Source of the DNA: Hyphochytrium catenoides
Taxonomy: Eukaryota; Protista; Hyphochytriomycota
Length of the DNA: 50,738 bases
NCBI GenBank assembly: GCA_900088475.1
Contig: FLMG01004307.1
Location: 1-50,738 of the forward strand
Direction: 5' to 3'
In this document: piece after piece, positions 10,624 to 24,500 of the stretch
Layout: each line of letters begins with the position of its first letter
Numbering within the stretch: position 1 is the stretch's first letter
Notes under the pieces: model-generated
What the model was told of the DNA's origin: nothing
Seen by the model: only the letters and a program-made list of their open reading frames with translations
Database searches by the model: none
Made by a program: the position numbers and the translations under genes

Positions 10624-10810
10624 GAGAGAGAATAACGAAGAGACACACAGATCCTTGGAGAGAAAGCGACAGAAAGCAGGAGAAGGGAGGAGAGAACAGG
10701 AAGAGAGAAGCACGTTACGTACCAAAGCCTGTATATCTAAACATCGAAGATAGCAGCAGAACGACGGCGTTACTCATCAGCCGCTTAAAAGAAATTACTC
10801 GCCCTGAAAG

Positions 10811-10859
<49 letters not shown>

Positions 10860-11015
10860 CTTGCCTTTGCCTCGTGCGCGCTCCCTCTCTCTGTCACTCT
10901 CCTGCTTTCCCTCCTTCTCTCGTTGTGTGCGTGTGTTCTGATCACAACTCGAACTTCAGACAGGAAAGAGAGGAGACTGAAGGTGCATACAAGGCATGCC
11001 AAAGAGGGAGACTAA
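10624..11015 (+). CDS. Possible exon of an unannotated small membrane protein
   Basis: ATG-less open frame of ~130 codons after a CAG: [69 protein letters not shown]...LLAFASCALPLSVTLLLSLLLSLCACVLITTRTSDRKERR...TAA. No start codon or family identified. Confidence 0.25.
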
Positions 11016-11224
11016 TCAAGAAAAAGAGTGAGGGCAAGAAAGAGGTCTGGGCGTGCCTGAACCTCGATAGAGAGAGAACTTAGGGAAGAGGAGGGATAGA
11101 TCCGAACAACAGAGCAGAGAATTGCAGAGAGAGAGGATGACGCAATGCAGAGAGTGACACACACAGACACAGAGTGAGAGAGAGGAAGAAAGTGAGTGAG
11201 AGAGAGACAGAGAAAGAAAGAAAT

Positions 11225-11262
<38 letters not shown>

Positions 11263-11681
11263 AAAAAAATATAAATATAGAGAGAGAGATCCGATGACAG
11301 ACACTAGCAGTTTTTCGCTGCGTCCTGACAATAGTAGGCACAAGAATTGAGAACGATGAAGAGTCTCTGTTCTCTTTCACTTTCTGTATAGCCTGCCTAC
11401 CTCTTGTCCTAACCTCTCTAGCTATCTACATCGAGCCTCACATTAACTATCCCGGTGCTTGGGCCCCAACCTCCTCTCGCGCGAGGGCGCTTGCCCGGTC
11501 ACTAGAGTTGGAAGCAAGAAGCTTTCTTTTCTTTCTCTTTGCCTGAGGTGGTGGAAGTCGCACTGTCTTCCTTTAAGATTGAGAGGAAGACATTCCAGTC
11601 GCGACACCCTGAGAGACTGCCATCGGTTCTTTACTTCTCTCCGTCTTCTCGACTCTACTCCTCTTCATCGCGACCATTCTA

Positions 11682-11717
<36 letters not shown>

Positions 11718-11719
<2 letters not shown>

Positions 11720-12608
11720 AGTACCGAAGAGAGCAGAAGCAGGCAACGCCCGCTTTGATCCAGGTGTCTTGGTCGCAGTACTTTACCGCGGCATTTGTCT
11801 CTGAGACAAGCGCGTTTCTCCATATGTCAGGCCGTTTGGAGGGGATCTCAATCCAAGTGATGAAGTTTGTCGAGTGCCCAGTGGTGGAGAGAGTGCCAGT
11901 CCGCGTCAGGATCTTATACACAGGACACCTAGATCGTTGAATAGATAACGGAGAGAGAGAGAGAGATAAGTGGAAAGAGAGAGAGAGAGAGAGAGGAGAA
12001 GTAGAGAGAGAGAGAGAGAGAAGTGTGCGTTAAAGAAAGACACGTCAAAGTGGCCCGCGGTATGCAACCAAAGCTAGACAACATCTCTCTTCTCTCTCTC
12101 TCTCTATTCCCTTCTCTTTCTCTCAGTCTCTCTCTCTGTCTCTCTCGGTTCCTTCCTCTGACATACCTATAGATTCCTCCTTGAGGCTGCTCCCTGTGCT
12201 GGACAGGCAAAAGATGAATGACTGGCATTTTAGCGAATAATTCCTTGGGCAAAGGATCCACTAGCGAGTGTTCTTCTTTGCTCCAGCGCGCTCCCTCTAT
12301 GAAAAGGCCGTGAATGTAACAACCATCTGAAGGCTTTGAAGATATCTCCTCTCTCTCCTCGGGCAGCATGTGGAAGGAGTAGGAGAGAGTGTCGATCGGT
12401 AGATTGTGCCTGCGTGCATGGTTCTGCATGATGCCAGTCATAAAACCCTAGGAGGTACCACGAGGGGAAGAGCGAGAGAAAGAGAAAGAAGAAGAGAGCA
12501 GTTAGTCCAGCTTTGCAGATGAAGCCAGTACTCTTCTGCAAGGAGTCAATGCCCAGAAGGAGAACCACTGCTCCCACAAAACCAATGAAGAGGAAGTACC
12601 TAAAGACA

Positions 12609-12639
<31 letters not shown>

Positions 12640-13129
12640 CACAGAAACACAGAGAGACACAGAGAGAGAGAGAAACTTCACTCCAAGCATCCTTTCTCAC
12701 TGTTCCCTAAAACGCTCCTTCTCTGTCGCCTTCTTCTCTTCTCACCTGTGGGAAGAAGAAGCCAGAGATCCAGAAGACATCAGGGATGCCTCTCTCCAGC
12801 CAGTCGCCGATAAATCTTAGTCTCTCTCTGCATTCCGAGACCCACGCTCCTAAAGGCTTAAGAGACGGGTAGGCGCGTGCCTCCCAAACAGAGGGCACCT
12901 TCTGGTCATACAATGAGTTGGCCATACTCTCCAGCTCAGAAGAGAGAACCACCAGGCCTTGCAGGCCCTTCTGCACCTGCATTTCCAGGTGTCAGAGGGA
13001 AGAGAGGTACAGCCAGAAGAAAAGAGGGAAAGACAGAGCGGAAGATGTAAAGGGAGAGAGCTAGCATAGATCGGCAGAGGAGCTACCCCAGAGAGGGCCT
13101 ATGACAGTGACGGGGTTATGGAGACAGAA

Positions 13130-13163
<34 letters not shown>

Positions 13164-14622
13164 NNNNNNNNNNNNNNNNNNNNNNNNNNNNNNNNNNNNN
13201 NNNNNNNNNNNNNNNNNNNNNNNNNAGAGAGACATCTACCTCCACAAGTGTCCTCTTCATGACCGCCAGGAGGTTGTTATACCGCTGCGCCTCCTGCACA
13301 ATGACAGTGTTCATGCTCTCTTCATAGCGCGTCGGATATTTCATCTGCGCAGCCTCAATATCAAACAATTCCGGAAGAGAGAGAGCGATCTCTTTCGCTG
13401 TGTCTATAATTTGCTCCTCTCTTGTCTTCCCTCCTCCTCCTGTCTGGCGCGGTTGGAGAGAGAGAATGACGTCAAACATGGAATACGCCTCAGCTAACGC
13501 GCAGGAAATGTTAGCGTTGTCGTGCATGCCAAAGACCTCTGGGTCTGGGTTGATGGGGAGAGAGGAGATATATTGCAGGTACGACGCGTGGGGAGAGGAA
13601 GAAGAGAACGGGATGGAGAGGTAGGTGCCGCTGGAGGAGAATGGATAGTTGTCCTGATTATGCCCGTGAAAAAAAGAGAAGGAAAGAGAAGAGAGAGAGA
13701 AAGAGAGAGAGATGTTTTCTGTTAGTTGTCGCCACATAGAAGAACCGTGGTAGAGAAAAGGAGAGTGAAGAGAGGATATGAAAGTCTTCTACGGAGAGAA
13801 CGAGAGATAGCCCCGAGTTGGGTTAGGAGAATGCGAATAGGAACCGGAGGAGAGAAGAGACAAACGAGCATGTTAAACTAGAGGAGAAAGGGACTCACTT
13901 GTAACGTCTCTGGCCTGAGATAAGTCTCTAAGATAGTATCTGACGTGCGCATGTCCTTATCATCCGTGATCCTTCCACCATAGTTGATCGTGGAGGTCAT
14001 GACACGAAGAACGCGGTAGGGAACCTCCTCATAGTCCGTCAAGAACATCTCAAGCTGTGCCATACTGCGCACAAGAGAGAGAGAAGTGAGGGAGAGAGTA
14101 AGAGAGAGACAAAGAAAGAGAGAGAGAGAGAGGGAGAGAGAGAGAGTGAACAGGAGAGCATTAAATGTTAGCATCATAGGTATTCTGCATTCGGGCCACG
14201 ATAGGTCTGTCACTCAGCGCTTCTACGGGTCGCTCCTCACCTGATATCTAGATCTGTGTCATTGAACGCGTAAGGGATGTTCCAGCCCAGCGGGCCAAAT
14301 TTCTTCCTTTCACAGACGACAGCGTGGTAGAACGCTAGACCAAAGAAGAGCTTCTTATAAACGTCAGGCTTTGCGGAAACATTCAGCTTGTCGTCGGAGA
14401 GACGGAGGTACGTGCCCTGCAGAGAGCCAAGAGAAGAGAGGTTTAAAAGTGGGGCACATCACAAGGAAGAGAAAGGCTGTCCAGAATACGAAGAGTCAGA
14501 AAGGAAAGGGAGACAGCAACCGGTACAGAGAGGGAAGGAAAGATTAAAAGAAAGAGAGAGAGAGAAAGAGAGAGCAGAGCGAGGGAGAGACAGAGAGCGA
14601 GAGAGAGGGAGAGCGAGAGCGA

Positions 14623-14668
<46 letters not shown>

Positions 14669-15276
14669 GAGAGAAGAAACAGGAGGCGAGGATCAGAAGC
14701 GAGAACAGGAAGACGCGAATGGTTCAGCAGTATAGACAGGAACCTTGAGGTTGGCTCTCAAGCCCTTCGGAGGCTCCTTCGTCATCTTCACTCCCGCCTG
14801 CAAGACAGACGGAGGGAAGCCCTTGGAAGGGAGAGACGTAAGCCAGAGACGGAACTCCGCGTGCACTTTCTCTGGGTCAAACTCTTCACAGATTCTCTCC
14901 AGTTCCGGCATCCAGGAGGTCGCTAAGTGACAGTTCTGCAGGAGAACCCAGTCTCCCTTCACTAGCGCATTCTCTATCATTCTCTCCGCGATCACGCCCT
15001 GGCCCTGCCCTAGAGCAATGCTCTTCAGCTTCTGGTCTTTGCCCATGGAGGCAGCAAACTCTAGTAAGTCTTTCCCTGGGTCACTCCCCGGAGACAGGAG
15101 GAAGATCAGAGGCGTGAGGTTGGTAGAGTCCGCGTAGGCGCCAGGGAGGTCAAAAGGAGGAGGCTCGATAAATTCCTGTTAGCGATGGGGTCAGGGTGCC
15201 GGCGTCAACGGTTGCCACACATGGAACAGGGAAAGAGAGAGAGAGGAGGGGGGAAGGGAGAGAGAGAGAGAGAGGG

Positions 15277-15307
<31 letters not shown>

Positions 15308-18300
15308 CAACAGCGAGGACGAGATAGAGCAGTGTAAGTCGAAGTGCCATAAGACGTGGGTGTCGAAGGCCGTCGTCAGCCACAGAAGACAAGGCTGCTG
15401 TTATAGAACAGGATAAGGGCTAGGAAAAAGAGAGCGAAAGAGGGAGAGAGAGTGTGAAAGAGGAGGGAGAGAGGGTGAAAGAGGGAGAGAGAGTGTGAAA
15501 GAGGGAGAGAGAGTGTGAAAGAGGAAGAGAGAGTGTGAAAGAGGGAGAGAGAGAGAGAAAAGTCGCAGAGATAAACTGACCTTTCCTAACTTCTCAACGA
15601 CAAACCTCTGCATCGCCTCCATCGTCTTGTCAGGGCGGACGCAGCGGAGGACACAAAGCTTTTGGAAAGAGTTTAACTCCTTTTCCCATTCTCCGCCAGG
15701 AAGAGACTGTAGGTGAGGATCTGAGGAGTCAAATAGCTGGCGCCAGGACGCACAGGACGAGGCGAAGCTCTGGGCAAAGCCTGATTTGAGAGCAGCGAAG
15801 AAGAGGCGGTCGAGGAGAGAATAGAGAGTGAGTAGAGATGTTAGGCAAGGAAAGAGCTGACAACGTGCCGAAGAGTTATCTGGGTCGGCCAGCAGACAAC
15901 AGCAAGGAGAAAAGATATCGGAAGCCAGAGAATACGAGTGACAGGGCTCCTTCTGCCAAGCCGAATAGGACTGAGTGCGAGAGGACAAGAGACTGAAGAG
16001 AAAGTGTGGACGTGCAGGTAATGTTTATAAGAAAGAGAGAGAGAAAGAGAGAGAGAGGCGGGAAGAGAGAGAGAGACAGTGAGAGTCAGGAGCAGGTCTC
16101 ACTCCTACCTTGAAATTTGCTGATAGAGTCCAGAGTGCAGATCTCGTTCCACATTCGGGCATCGACCCACCGAGAATCCGGATTCTCTAGAGTTGCTCTC
16201 CCTGGGCCTACACCAGAGATAAGGAAGCGCCATTCTGTCCCGTCCACCTCCTTGTTCCCCTCTAAAATCTTCATGGTGAGGAGGAAAGACAGCAGCAGCT
16301 TGTGCTTCTCGAAGAGAGAACGACAGACGTTCTTATACACAGAGAAAGTGAAACAGTCGTTGAGACTCTTGATCCTCTCGGTCAACTCTGCAGCCGGTGG
16401 AGCAGTCTGGATGGCTCTTATGAAGAGATTCGTGTACCATGGGAGAGAGTATTGGTACATGCTGTCGACTAAGGAGAAGTCCGCGATGCAGAAGAAGAGA
16501 AGAGCGGCACGGTAGGCAACCGGAAGATACTCTTCACTTCTTCTGTCAATCTCTTTCTCTGTCGCCTCTGCCTCCTTCATCTTTATGGCTACACCCTCCG
16601 ATGTCTAACCGCGGGAGGAGAGAGAGATCGATGGAAAAGCAGAGGCAATGGTTAACCGATTAGTGCTCAGGAGCTTGTAGGTAGGACGTTCATCTTATTA
16701 CGTTCAGGAATAGAAGAGAAAGAAGATTGGCTGAAACTTGGTACAGTGCTTCATAGAGAAGGAGATAGTACTTTGCAAGTGATGTTGGAGGTCAAACACG
16801 GACCAAGACGAGCAACTGCTCCTAAAGTAATAGTTCCTGCTCTCTCTCTCTCTCTCCCTCTCTTCTCTTTCTGTCTCTCTCTCTCTCTCGTTCTCTCTTT
16901 TCTGGGAGAGCCCTACCTTGTTTGCGCTCTGCAGTGTATCAATGAGATTGGTATCGTCCAAGATATTGCCCTTCGAGTTGGAAAGAAGATAGAGGATCTG
17001 GCTCTCAATGTCGTAGAGCTGTTTCTTCGATGCAGCGTTCTCTACCACCAGCTCGCCTTTCTTCTGCGCCAGCTCAGGCAGTTCTTCCTTGATCACTACG
17101 CCCAGCAGCTGCTCCTGCAGCCCTTGGAGAGTGATTGTGAAGTTGAGAAGGGTAACCTGAAGTTTGTGAGGCAGGGCCAGGAGGATAATGCTTAGAGACG
17201 AGCTCGAAGGAAGGACGCCTCCTCTCTGCGCTGCTGTCACTCTCTCTCTCTCCTTCTCTCTCTCTTTCTCGCACCTTCCTGGTTCTTTACTCTCTCACTC
17301 TCTTTTCGCTGTATCTTCCTTTTTCCTCTCTTCGGCGGGTCTAATTCCTCTGCCTGTTTCTCCCTATGCTCTCTAGATGCTATTCCTCATCTAACTTTTC
17401 TTGCTGTTCCTCTGCCCAAAGCCCAGGAGTTCCTCTTTCAATTGACCCTACCCTAACTCAGTGGTCGCTCCTTCTTCTCTTATTCCTCCTCTCTCTCCCT
17501 TTTCACCTTACCTTGACGCAAGTCTCTGGCTGATAGTGCGGATTGGCCAGCTTTGTAGTCATGAAGAACCTAAAGGAGGACGAGTAGGGGACGGCGCTGT
17601 CTCCAAGCTTGATCATCTCCTGCCCACCCTGCTTGAACTTCTGCTGCAGCAGCACAGGCTCTATAGCAGCGTCCAGATCTTCCCCAATGTTCTCTAAGAG
17701 GACCCATTTCCCTGTGGACAGAACAGAGTTCTCTTAAGCGTACGGTATATTGAACGGTAGCCAAGAGCGCGCTAAGGNNNTTTACCGAAGCGGATTCCGT
17801 TTTCGAGTGCTCGCAGAAAGTTCTTATCGCTGCTCTTGATAACATCCAAGCCATTCACACAGAGCTCTTTGTCCCTCCCTAGGCTCTTAATAAATCTATT
17901 GGCTTGCCCCTGAGGGTCGATTAAGAGCGGCCAACGCCTTGCGCGGCTCATAATGAGCCCGTTCTGAGTGCTGACGCGGTCAGTTGGGAGCCCAGCAATC
18001 TGCCAAGACTGTAGCTGCACCGGGTCCGCGAGGGTAGAGGAGATGTCACAGTTGGGAGTGTGAGGCAAGAGGAGGTTGTGCAGGTGCGTCTGCCATTGCG
18101 AGACCTGTGGCATCAATGGACAAGGAAGAGAGAGTTCAGCAATGGGATGAAAAGGACAAGGAGGCAGAGAGAGAATTTTTTAAGAAAGAGAGAGAGAGAA
18201 AGAAGAGAGAGAGAAGATGGGGGAGATGAGGGGAGAGGAAGAAGTGGTTGAAGAAGGGTTATCAATGGCAAAGTTGCCTTCTAAGACTCGCCATCCTATA

Positions 18301-20668
18301 GCAAGGGACTCTGTGGCAGAGATGATGACGAAGAAAAAAGAGGAAGAGAGAGAAGGAGGATCTAGAATAGAAGGAAAAAAACAAAGAGGAGACAAGGAGA
18401 GAGCGCGTGGACGAGACTATAAAAAGTGAGCAAACGAGAAGAAGATCGCCGCCGCGCACCATTTTGTCTCTGTACTCTGCGGTGAAGGCTCCCAGGTAGC
18501 TGATAGTGCCCGCAGAGATGAGTACATCTCCTGTGAGATTCACATAGAAGCGCTCCAGTCTCTCCACGGTGCTCTTCCACCGCGCTTCTTCTCCTCCCAG
18601 CCCTCCGATCAGCTTCTCGGCATTGGAAAGCTGTGTCTCACACTCCTTCACCTTCCTTGCTAACTCTTCCTTCTTCGCCACTGCCGCATTATAGTTAGCC
18701 TCCAGCTCGGCAAGACGGTCCGTGACAGCTTTTAGCCGGGCCTAAGCAACACGTGAGGAAGAAGAAGGGAAGAGAGAGAAGAAGGGAAGAGAGAGAAGAA
18801 GGGAAGAGAGAGTGGCGTTAGCATAAGCTAATTAAGTGCTTCTTTCCTTCGTACTCTCTAGTCATCTCTGCAATTGTCATCAGCCTTGCTTTCTCTTCTT
18901 TGTCTCCTTCTCGCTGTCTCTCGCTTATTCTTTCTCTTTCCTTACCTTCGCGTCATTCAGTTGACTCATTGTTACCGCCAGCTCGGCCTCCGCCTCTCTT
19001 AGGGCTTGTCTCTTCGGCTCTACATTCTTGGCTACAAAGTGATAAGTGTTCATCGCCCGCGCCCACATGCAGATGGCAGTGCAAGCCTTAGAGGCCTTCT
19101 CAATGGCCGAGGGAGTAAAGTTCTCATCAGCGATGTAGGGAGCCATGGCCTGTCGGAAGGAAGAACGAGTGCAGAGAAAATGGTTGATTGAGAAAGAGTG
19201 CAGGAGGAGAAAGGAGTCGAGACTTGAACGAGGAGAGGAGAGGAAGGATAGACGCGATGCCGATGATACCGAGCGACAGGAGAGAGAGAGGCGCAGGAAA
19301 CGATACTGACAACAAAGCCGACTATGGACATTGGCGGGAGGCTGCCCAAGAGAGGAGAGGCAGGCTCTTTCCTCAAAAGGTAAGGCAGAAAGCTCCTCGA
19401 CAGCAGTGCCGGGCCTTTCGGGGAAGAAGAAGAAAGACAGGTTCCCTTTCCTCGTATCACCTGAATGATCTTATCCGGTATATTGTCCTTATCAAACTCG
19501 ACCAAGCTTTGCAGGAACTTCTTCGCGTCGGCAAGGACGACTTTCTGCGCTGTTTCCCAGTAATCGTCAATCTTCTTTCCTGGAACGTTAGGATCTTGCT
19601 TCTTGACTGGCTTCTGCCCGAACATGATGCAGACAACCTCCATGGTCAGCTTCACACCTGCAGGTGGTGTCTTCAAAGACTTCACTTCGTCAATATCAGA
19701 CTGAAGCGGGCGGGAAGAGAGAGAGAGTTAGAGGAGCGAATTTAAAAGGCGAGACCGGCCAAGAGAGTGAGAGAGATCAACAGGAACAGGATGAAGCAGC
19801 CATGACAAGCGAGTTCATGTCTCTAGTGAGAGTGCTTAGAACTACGTGGGCATTAGGAGCGTGGACGTTCTCATAGCAATAAGACGGCTGAAGAGAGCCG
19901 AGACAGAGAGTCAGAGGCGATACCTTCTTCAGCAAGTTCAGGCATTTCACAGCTTCATCCAGCGCTGGCAGAGCCTCATCAAGATCCCTTTGTGCGTCAT
20001 CAGCGATGGCTTTAGTCTTCGCTGCTTTCTCATTCGCCGCTGCCTCCTCTCTCTCGACCACTGCTTTCGTAGCGTCGGCGTCGGCCTTATCCTGAGTGAT
20101 CTTGACCATCATCTCTTCTACCTGTGAGCACGGAAGAGAAAGGTAAGAAAGGGTAAGTGAAAGGAAACAAGACACTGTTGAGAGAGGAGAATGAACCGGT
20201 CGGAGAGACAGAGTCTGTCGGTGGATGAACATGCCAAGAGAGTGGGAAGAAAGAGGTAGAAAGAAAGAGAGATAGAGACAATGAGTGAGAAGACAAAAGT
20301 TACCTCTTTCTGCGTCCTGGACAGCACTGGCTGAAGCTCGACCAGCTCCTGTTGCATGTCTGAGACAAGGCCTTTGGTCTGTGTGATCTTGTTCACTCCG
20401 TTCTGCAATCGGAACTTCATCGTGTTCACCTGCAAGCAAGGCGTTAGTTCTCCTCATGCTGCCGTTCCCCATCTATCTCTTCTACTCCTTCACTTGTTCT
20501 CCAAGTACTCTCCTACGACTCCTTCTCTCCGTTGCCCCATACGGATCCGTCTCTCTCTCACATACTCACTCTCTCTGAAAGTCTTGACTAATCATCAGCC
20601 ACCGCACCAAGCTAGACAACACGTATCTCTTAACTCTCTCTAATCTCCCGTCTCTCCCTCTCTCTCTC

Positions 20669-20704
<36 letters not shown>

Positions 20705-21462
20705 CTCTCCCTCTCTTTCTTCTTTTCTTCCCGCTCCGCACATACTAAGCAACAGTCCTGTTCTCACCTCTTCTCTCTTCTGCTTCAGGACATCTTTGAA
20801 GGTAGAAAGGAGCTCTAAGTAAGAGGTGGGAGTGACGTAGTACCGTCTCCTAAGGCTCTCATAGAATTCCTTGCTTCCCTTTTCTACATTCTGATGGATG
20901 ACGCGGAACATCTCCACCACTTTAGGCAGACTGTCTCCCAGTGCGAGATCCTCCTGCGGAACGCAAAGGAGCAGACAGAACGACAGAGACCGAGAAATGT
21001 AGAGAGAGAGAGAGAGAGATAGGCGTTAGAGATGACTGAGTTTCAGTTTTGACAGCTGACAGCTAGGGAGACGATAGCGTACGCGTCGAGAGGCAGAGAA
21101 CAAGCTCCAGAAGTGGTACAACCTTTGTCATCGCTGCCATCGCTACCGAGCTGAGGGCCTCCGCTGGCCACTCTGAGAACCAGTCGATCGTGCAACAGTT
21201 CGAGAGAGACGGGAACATTCTCATTCTCTCTCTAAAAGCCTCGCCGAGGGGAGACATGCAGAGGACGAGGTGGATGTTTCTTTTAACCCTAAGAATATAC
21301 TGAGAGAAGATGTTCATCTTTGTAGGAGGCAGACGTTTCTTTTGACAGTCCACGCGGCAGGTGTTCATGATCTTCTCCATGTCCTCAGGACCATAGAGGT
21401 TGGGGACATCTCCAGCGTTCAGAATACCTGAGGAATGGAGAAAGGACGACGAAGCATGAAGA

Positions 21463-21504
<42 letters not shown>

Positions 21505-24500
21505 GTGGGACGGCGTGAGCTAGGAAGTAAGAGGTTATGACTCCAGGAGAAGCGGCAGGACGTCAGACAGAGCGTATATGTATGTACGAAGCCCAAGACG
21601 GTGGTGCGAGAGTGAAAAAGGAGCGAGGAAAGTGTGTCATAAAGAGAAGAGATAATAAAACAGAGAGCAAAAAAGGCAAAGGAGAGAGTAGTCTGACCAT
21701 TGATGTCTTCAAGCATTATTTCATTCACTATCTGCACGTCACTGAAGAGGAACACTATGGGTTTATCCTCGAGGCCTGCCCTTAAGAGACACTTCTTGAC
21801 GTCCTCCCGCCACTCTGCCTTGCCATAGCCCTTGCTAATCTCCACCTGAGTGACAGAGGTAAAGGTTGAGGGAAGGGACAGGTGTCGGTCTATTGTTGAC
21901 AGTGGATAGCTCATTCGTCCTTCTCTTCTCTCTCTCTTTCTCCATTCGTGGATAGCTCATTCGTCCTTCTCTTCTCTCTCTCTTTCTCCATTCTTCTTGG
22001 CTGAACTTTCTCTCTCGCTCCTCCTCCCGCTCTTTTGCGATGAGAGGACTGTGGGCTCCTGTCATTGACTCTTCTCTGCTTTTCATTTCTCTTTTGGCTT
22101 CAGGCCTCTCTTACCTGGAAGCAGGCATAACCTGCCATGAAGGTGGCGAGCCTTGTAAGACTCTGGCGGCCGCTTCCTCCCACGCCTAAGAGGAGTGCAT
22201 TGCCTTGTGGCTGGCGAATGATACGGCTGATCCGACTGACGTGCTCGATGGCATCCTGGAGGTAGCAAAAGTGTGAGGACAGTGAGTGAGAGAGAGCGAG
22301 AGAACAAGAAGAGAGAATTGGGGGTCTCAGAAAGTTCAAGACTGTAAAGGCGACCCGTAAAGCAAAGGACTCCTCTTGACTAGGAGTCTCTCTGTCTCTC
22401 TCTTCCTCTTTTTTTATCTCTTACCAGGAACATCACAAGGGGCATTGGAGTTTTACTCTCAGCATTATAGTCGTTGAGATACTCCTCAATCACACTTTGA
22501 AGCTTGGCCAGGTCCTTGACCTCTCTATACGGCTTGGGATCAGCACCTGGATCCATGTAGTCCCCATAGATGAGCCGCTCAGCAGGCGCAATGTCACCAT
22601 AGTTACGGCGGAAGAAGGTTGAGGTCGCCCGTTCCATTGTTGCTCTGAACCAGGAATGATCCTCCTGCAGCCAAGAGACGGGAAAGGGGCAGGAAACAGG
22701 ATGCAAAGAGAGTCGGAAACAGAACAGTGAGGGAGTCAGAAGATGCTGATACTCTTCTGCGAGAGAGACATGGAAAGGAGATGACCTGATTGATCATCCT
22801 GTCTTCGAACACTCTCTTGCACTCATGAAGCCACAGTCGAAGGACATCCTCCGGCCCAGCAACGGCCTTACTGTCAACCATCAACAAGCCCTGAAACACC
22901 TTCGACAAATCTCTAAGGTTGAAGGTATAGTGGCACTTCGCAGGCGTGGGGAGAAGTTCCTTGCACACAGAGTTATACACAGAGATGGACGCTTCGACTA
23001 GACGGGGGCAGAGAGAGAGTATGTCTGAGGAGAAAGCTTTGAAGAAAGCCTCCACAATGGTGGAGAAGATAGTCATCTTGCTGTCATCTCCCATTTCTGC
23101 TAGTCCTATGACGTTGAAGTGCCGGAGGAAGCGACCAGTGATGGGGTTGCGTCCGCCTCCTGGTGGACCCATGGAGCAGATAAACTGCACGTCGACAATT
23201 TGTCTGTTCGCAGGATAGAGAGAGACAATAGCAAAGAGAAGCACGGAGGTAATGTGGAGCGTTAGAGCTCAAAACCAAGGAAGATGATTCAGCTTTGGAG
23301 AAGAGCTAGCGCCGTAGAGGCCNNNNNNNNNNNNNNNNNNNNNNNNNNNNNNNNNNNNNNNNNNNNNNNNNNNNNNNNNNNNNNNNNNNNNNNNNNNNNN
23401 NNNNNNNNGCAGTAGTTTCCGGTCATACCACCCTCCCTGGTCGAACCACTGCCTGAGTAGTTCAATGGGCGGCTGAGCAAAGTATTTCTCTCTCTTCGGC
23501 ATGTTCAGATCATCGACATAGATCACGAACTTCTTGCCAGCCGCGGGGCCGAAGACACCTTTACGGCGTTTCTCCATCTTACTGTCCAGGAAGTCCTAAG
23601 ATAGGAGAGACGTAAGATGATCCACGGAGAGCTATCGGACAGGAACAGCTGAAGGTAGAGGGGCCAGGACAAGACAACGAGTCGAGCAGCTGAGAGAGGA
23701 CCCAACCAGCATATAAAGATTGAGACAGGAAGTGGCGTAACTAAGGAGATTCGAGGTGCTCTATTTGCTCTACCTGAGTCTGGTTAGCAGATGTCTGCGC
23801 GGAAAAAGTCATTGTCAACGGGACGAGATGCTGCGGCATTTTCATGAGATACTGACTGATNNNNNNNNNNNNNNNNNNNNNNNNNNNNNNNNNNNNNNNN
23901 GAAGGCACATCGTAGCGCTCAATGGTATCCATCCAGCGAACCCAACGACGTGCGGGCTGGTCAAAGCAATAGTCGTACACTGTCGCCTCTTTAGGAAAGG
24001 GCAAAGGAGAACCATTAGCAGCCATCTCAGCCCGCAAAAACTCATTGAACTGCCTCCTGCCTGGCCCATCGGTGGTGGCACCCGCAGACCAGACGAGAGA
24101 GAAAAGGAAGAGGGGCTCAATTTGGCTCTCAAAGACTTGTGCCTGTTCTGGAGTTGGAGGTGTCTTTCCTTCAACTTCTTGGAAGGCATTGGCGTAGCAG
24201 TCTAAGATCCTCATGAGACTCTCAGTGATGTTATTGTCCATTGTAGGGACAAGTTCTTTCAGCCTTCCTCGCAGAAAAGCGAGCGAAGGAGAGAGATATG
24301 TGTCCATCAACTGCCTTATCTTCTTCTTCGTGTTCACCGTGATGAGTCTTGGAAGCTTCTCTAACCAGCTGATGATCAATGGGTCTGGCCCTAGACTCTC
24401 AGGCTCCATGTAGATCATTCCTGTGCGGCTCACTGTAGCAGGAGAAGCGACCGAGAGATCCTCCACTTCAAACATCATCGTCATCTCTGGTGACATCTGG

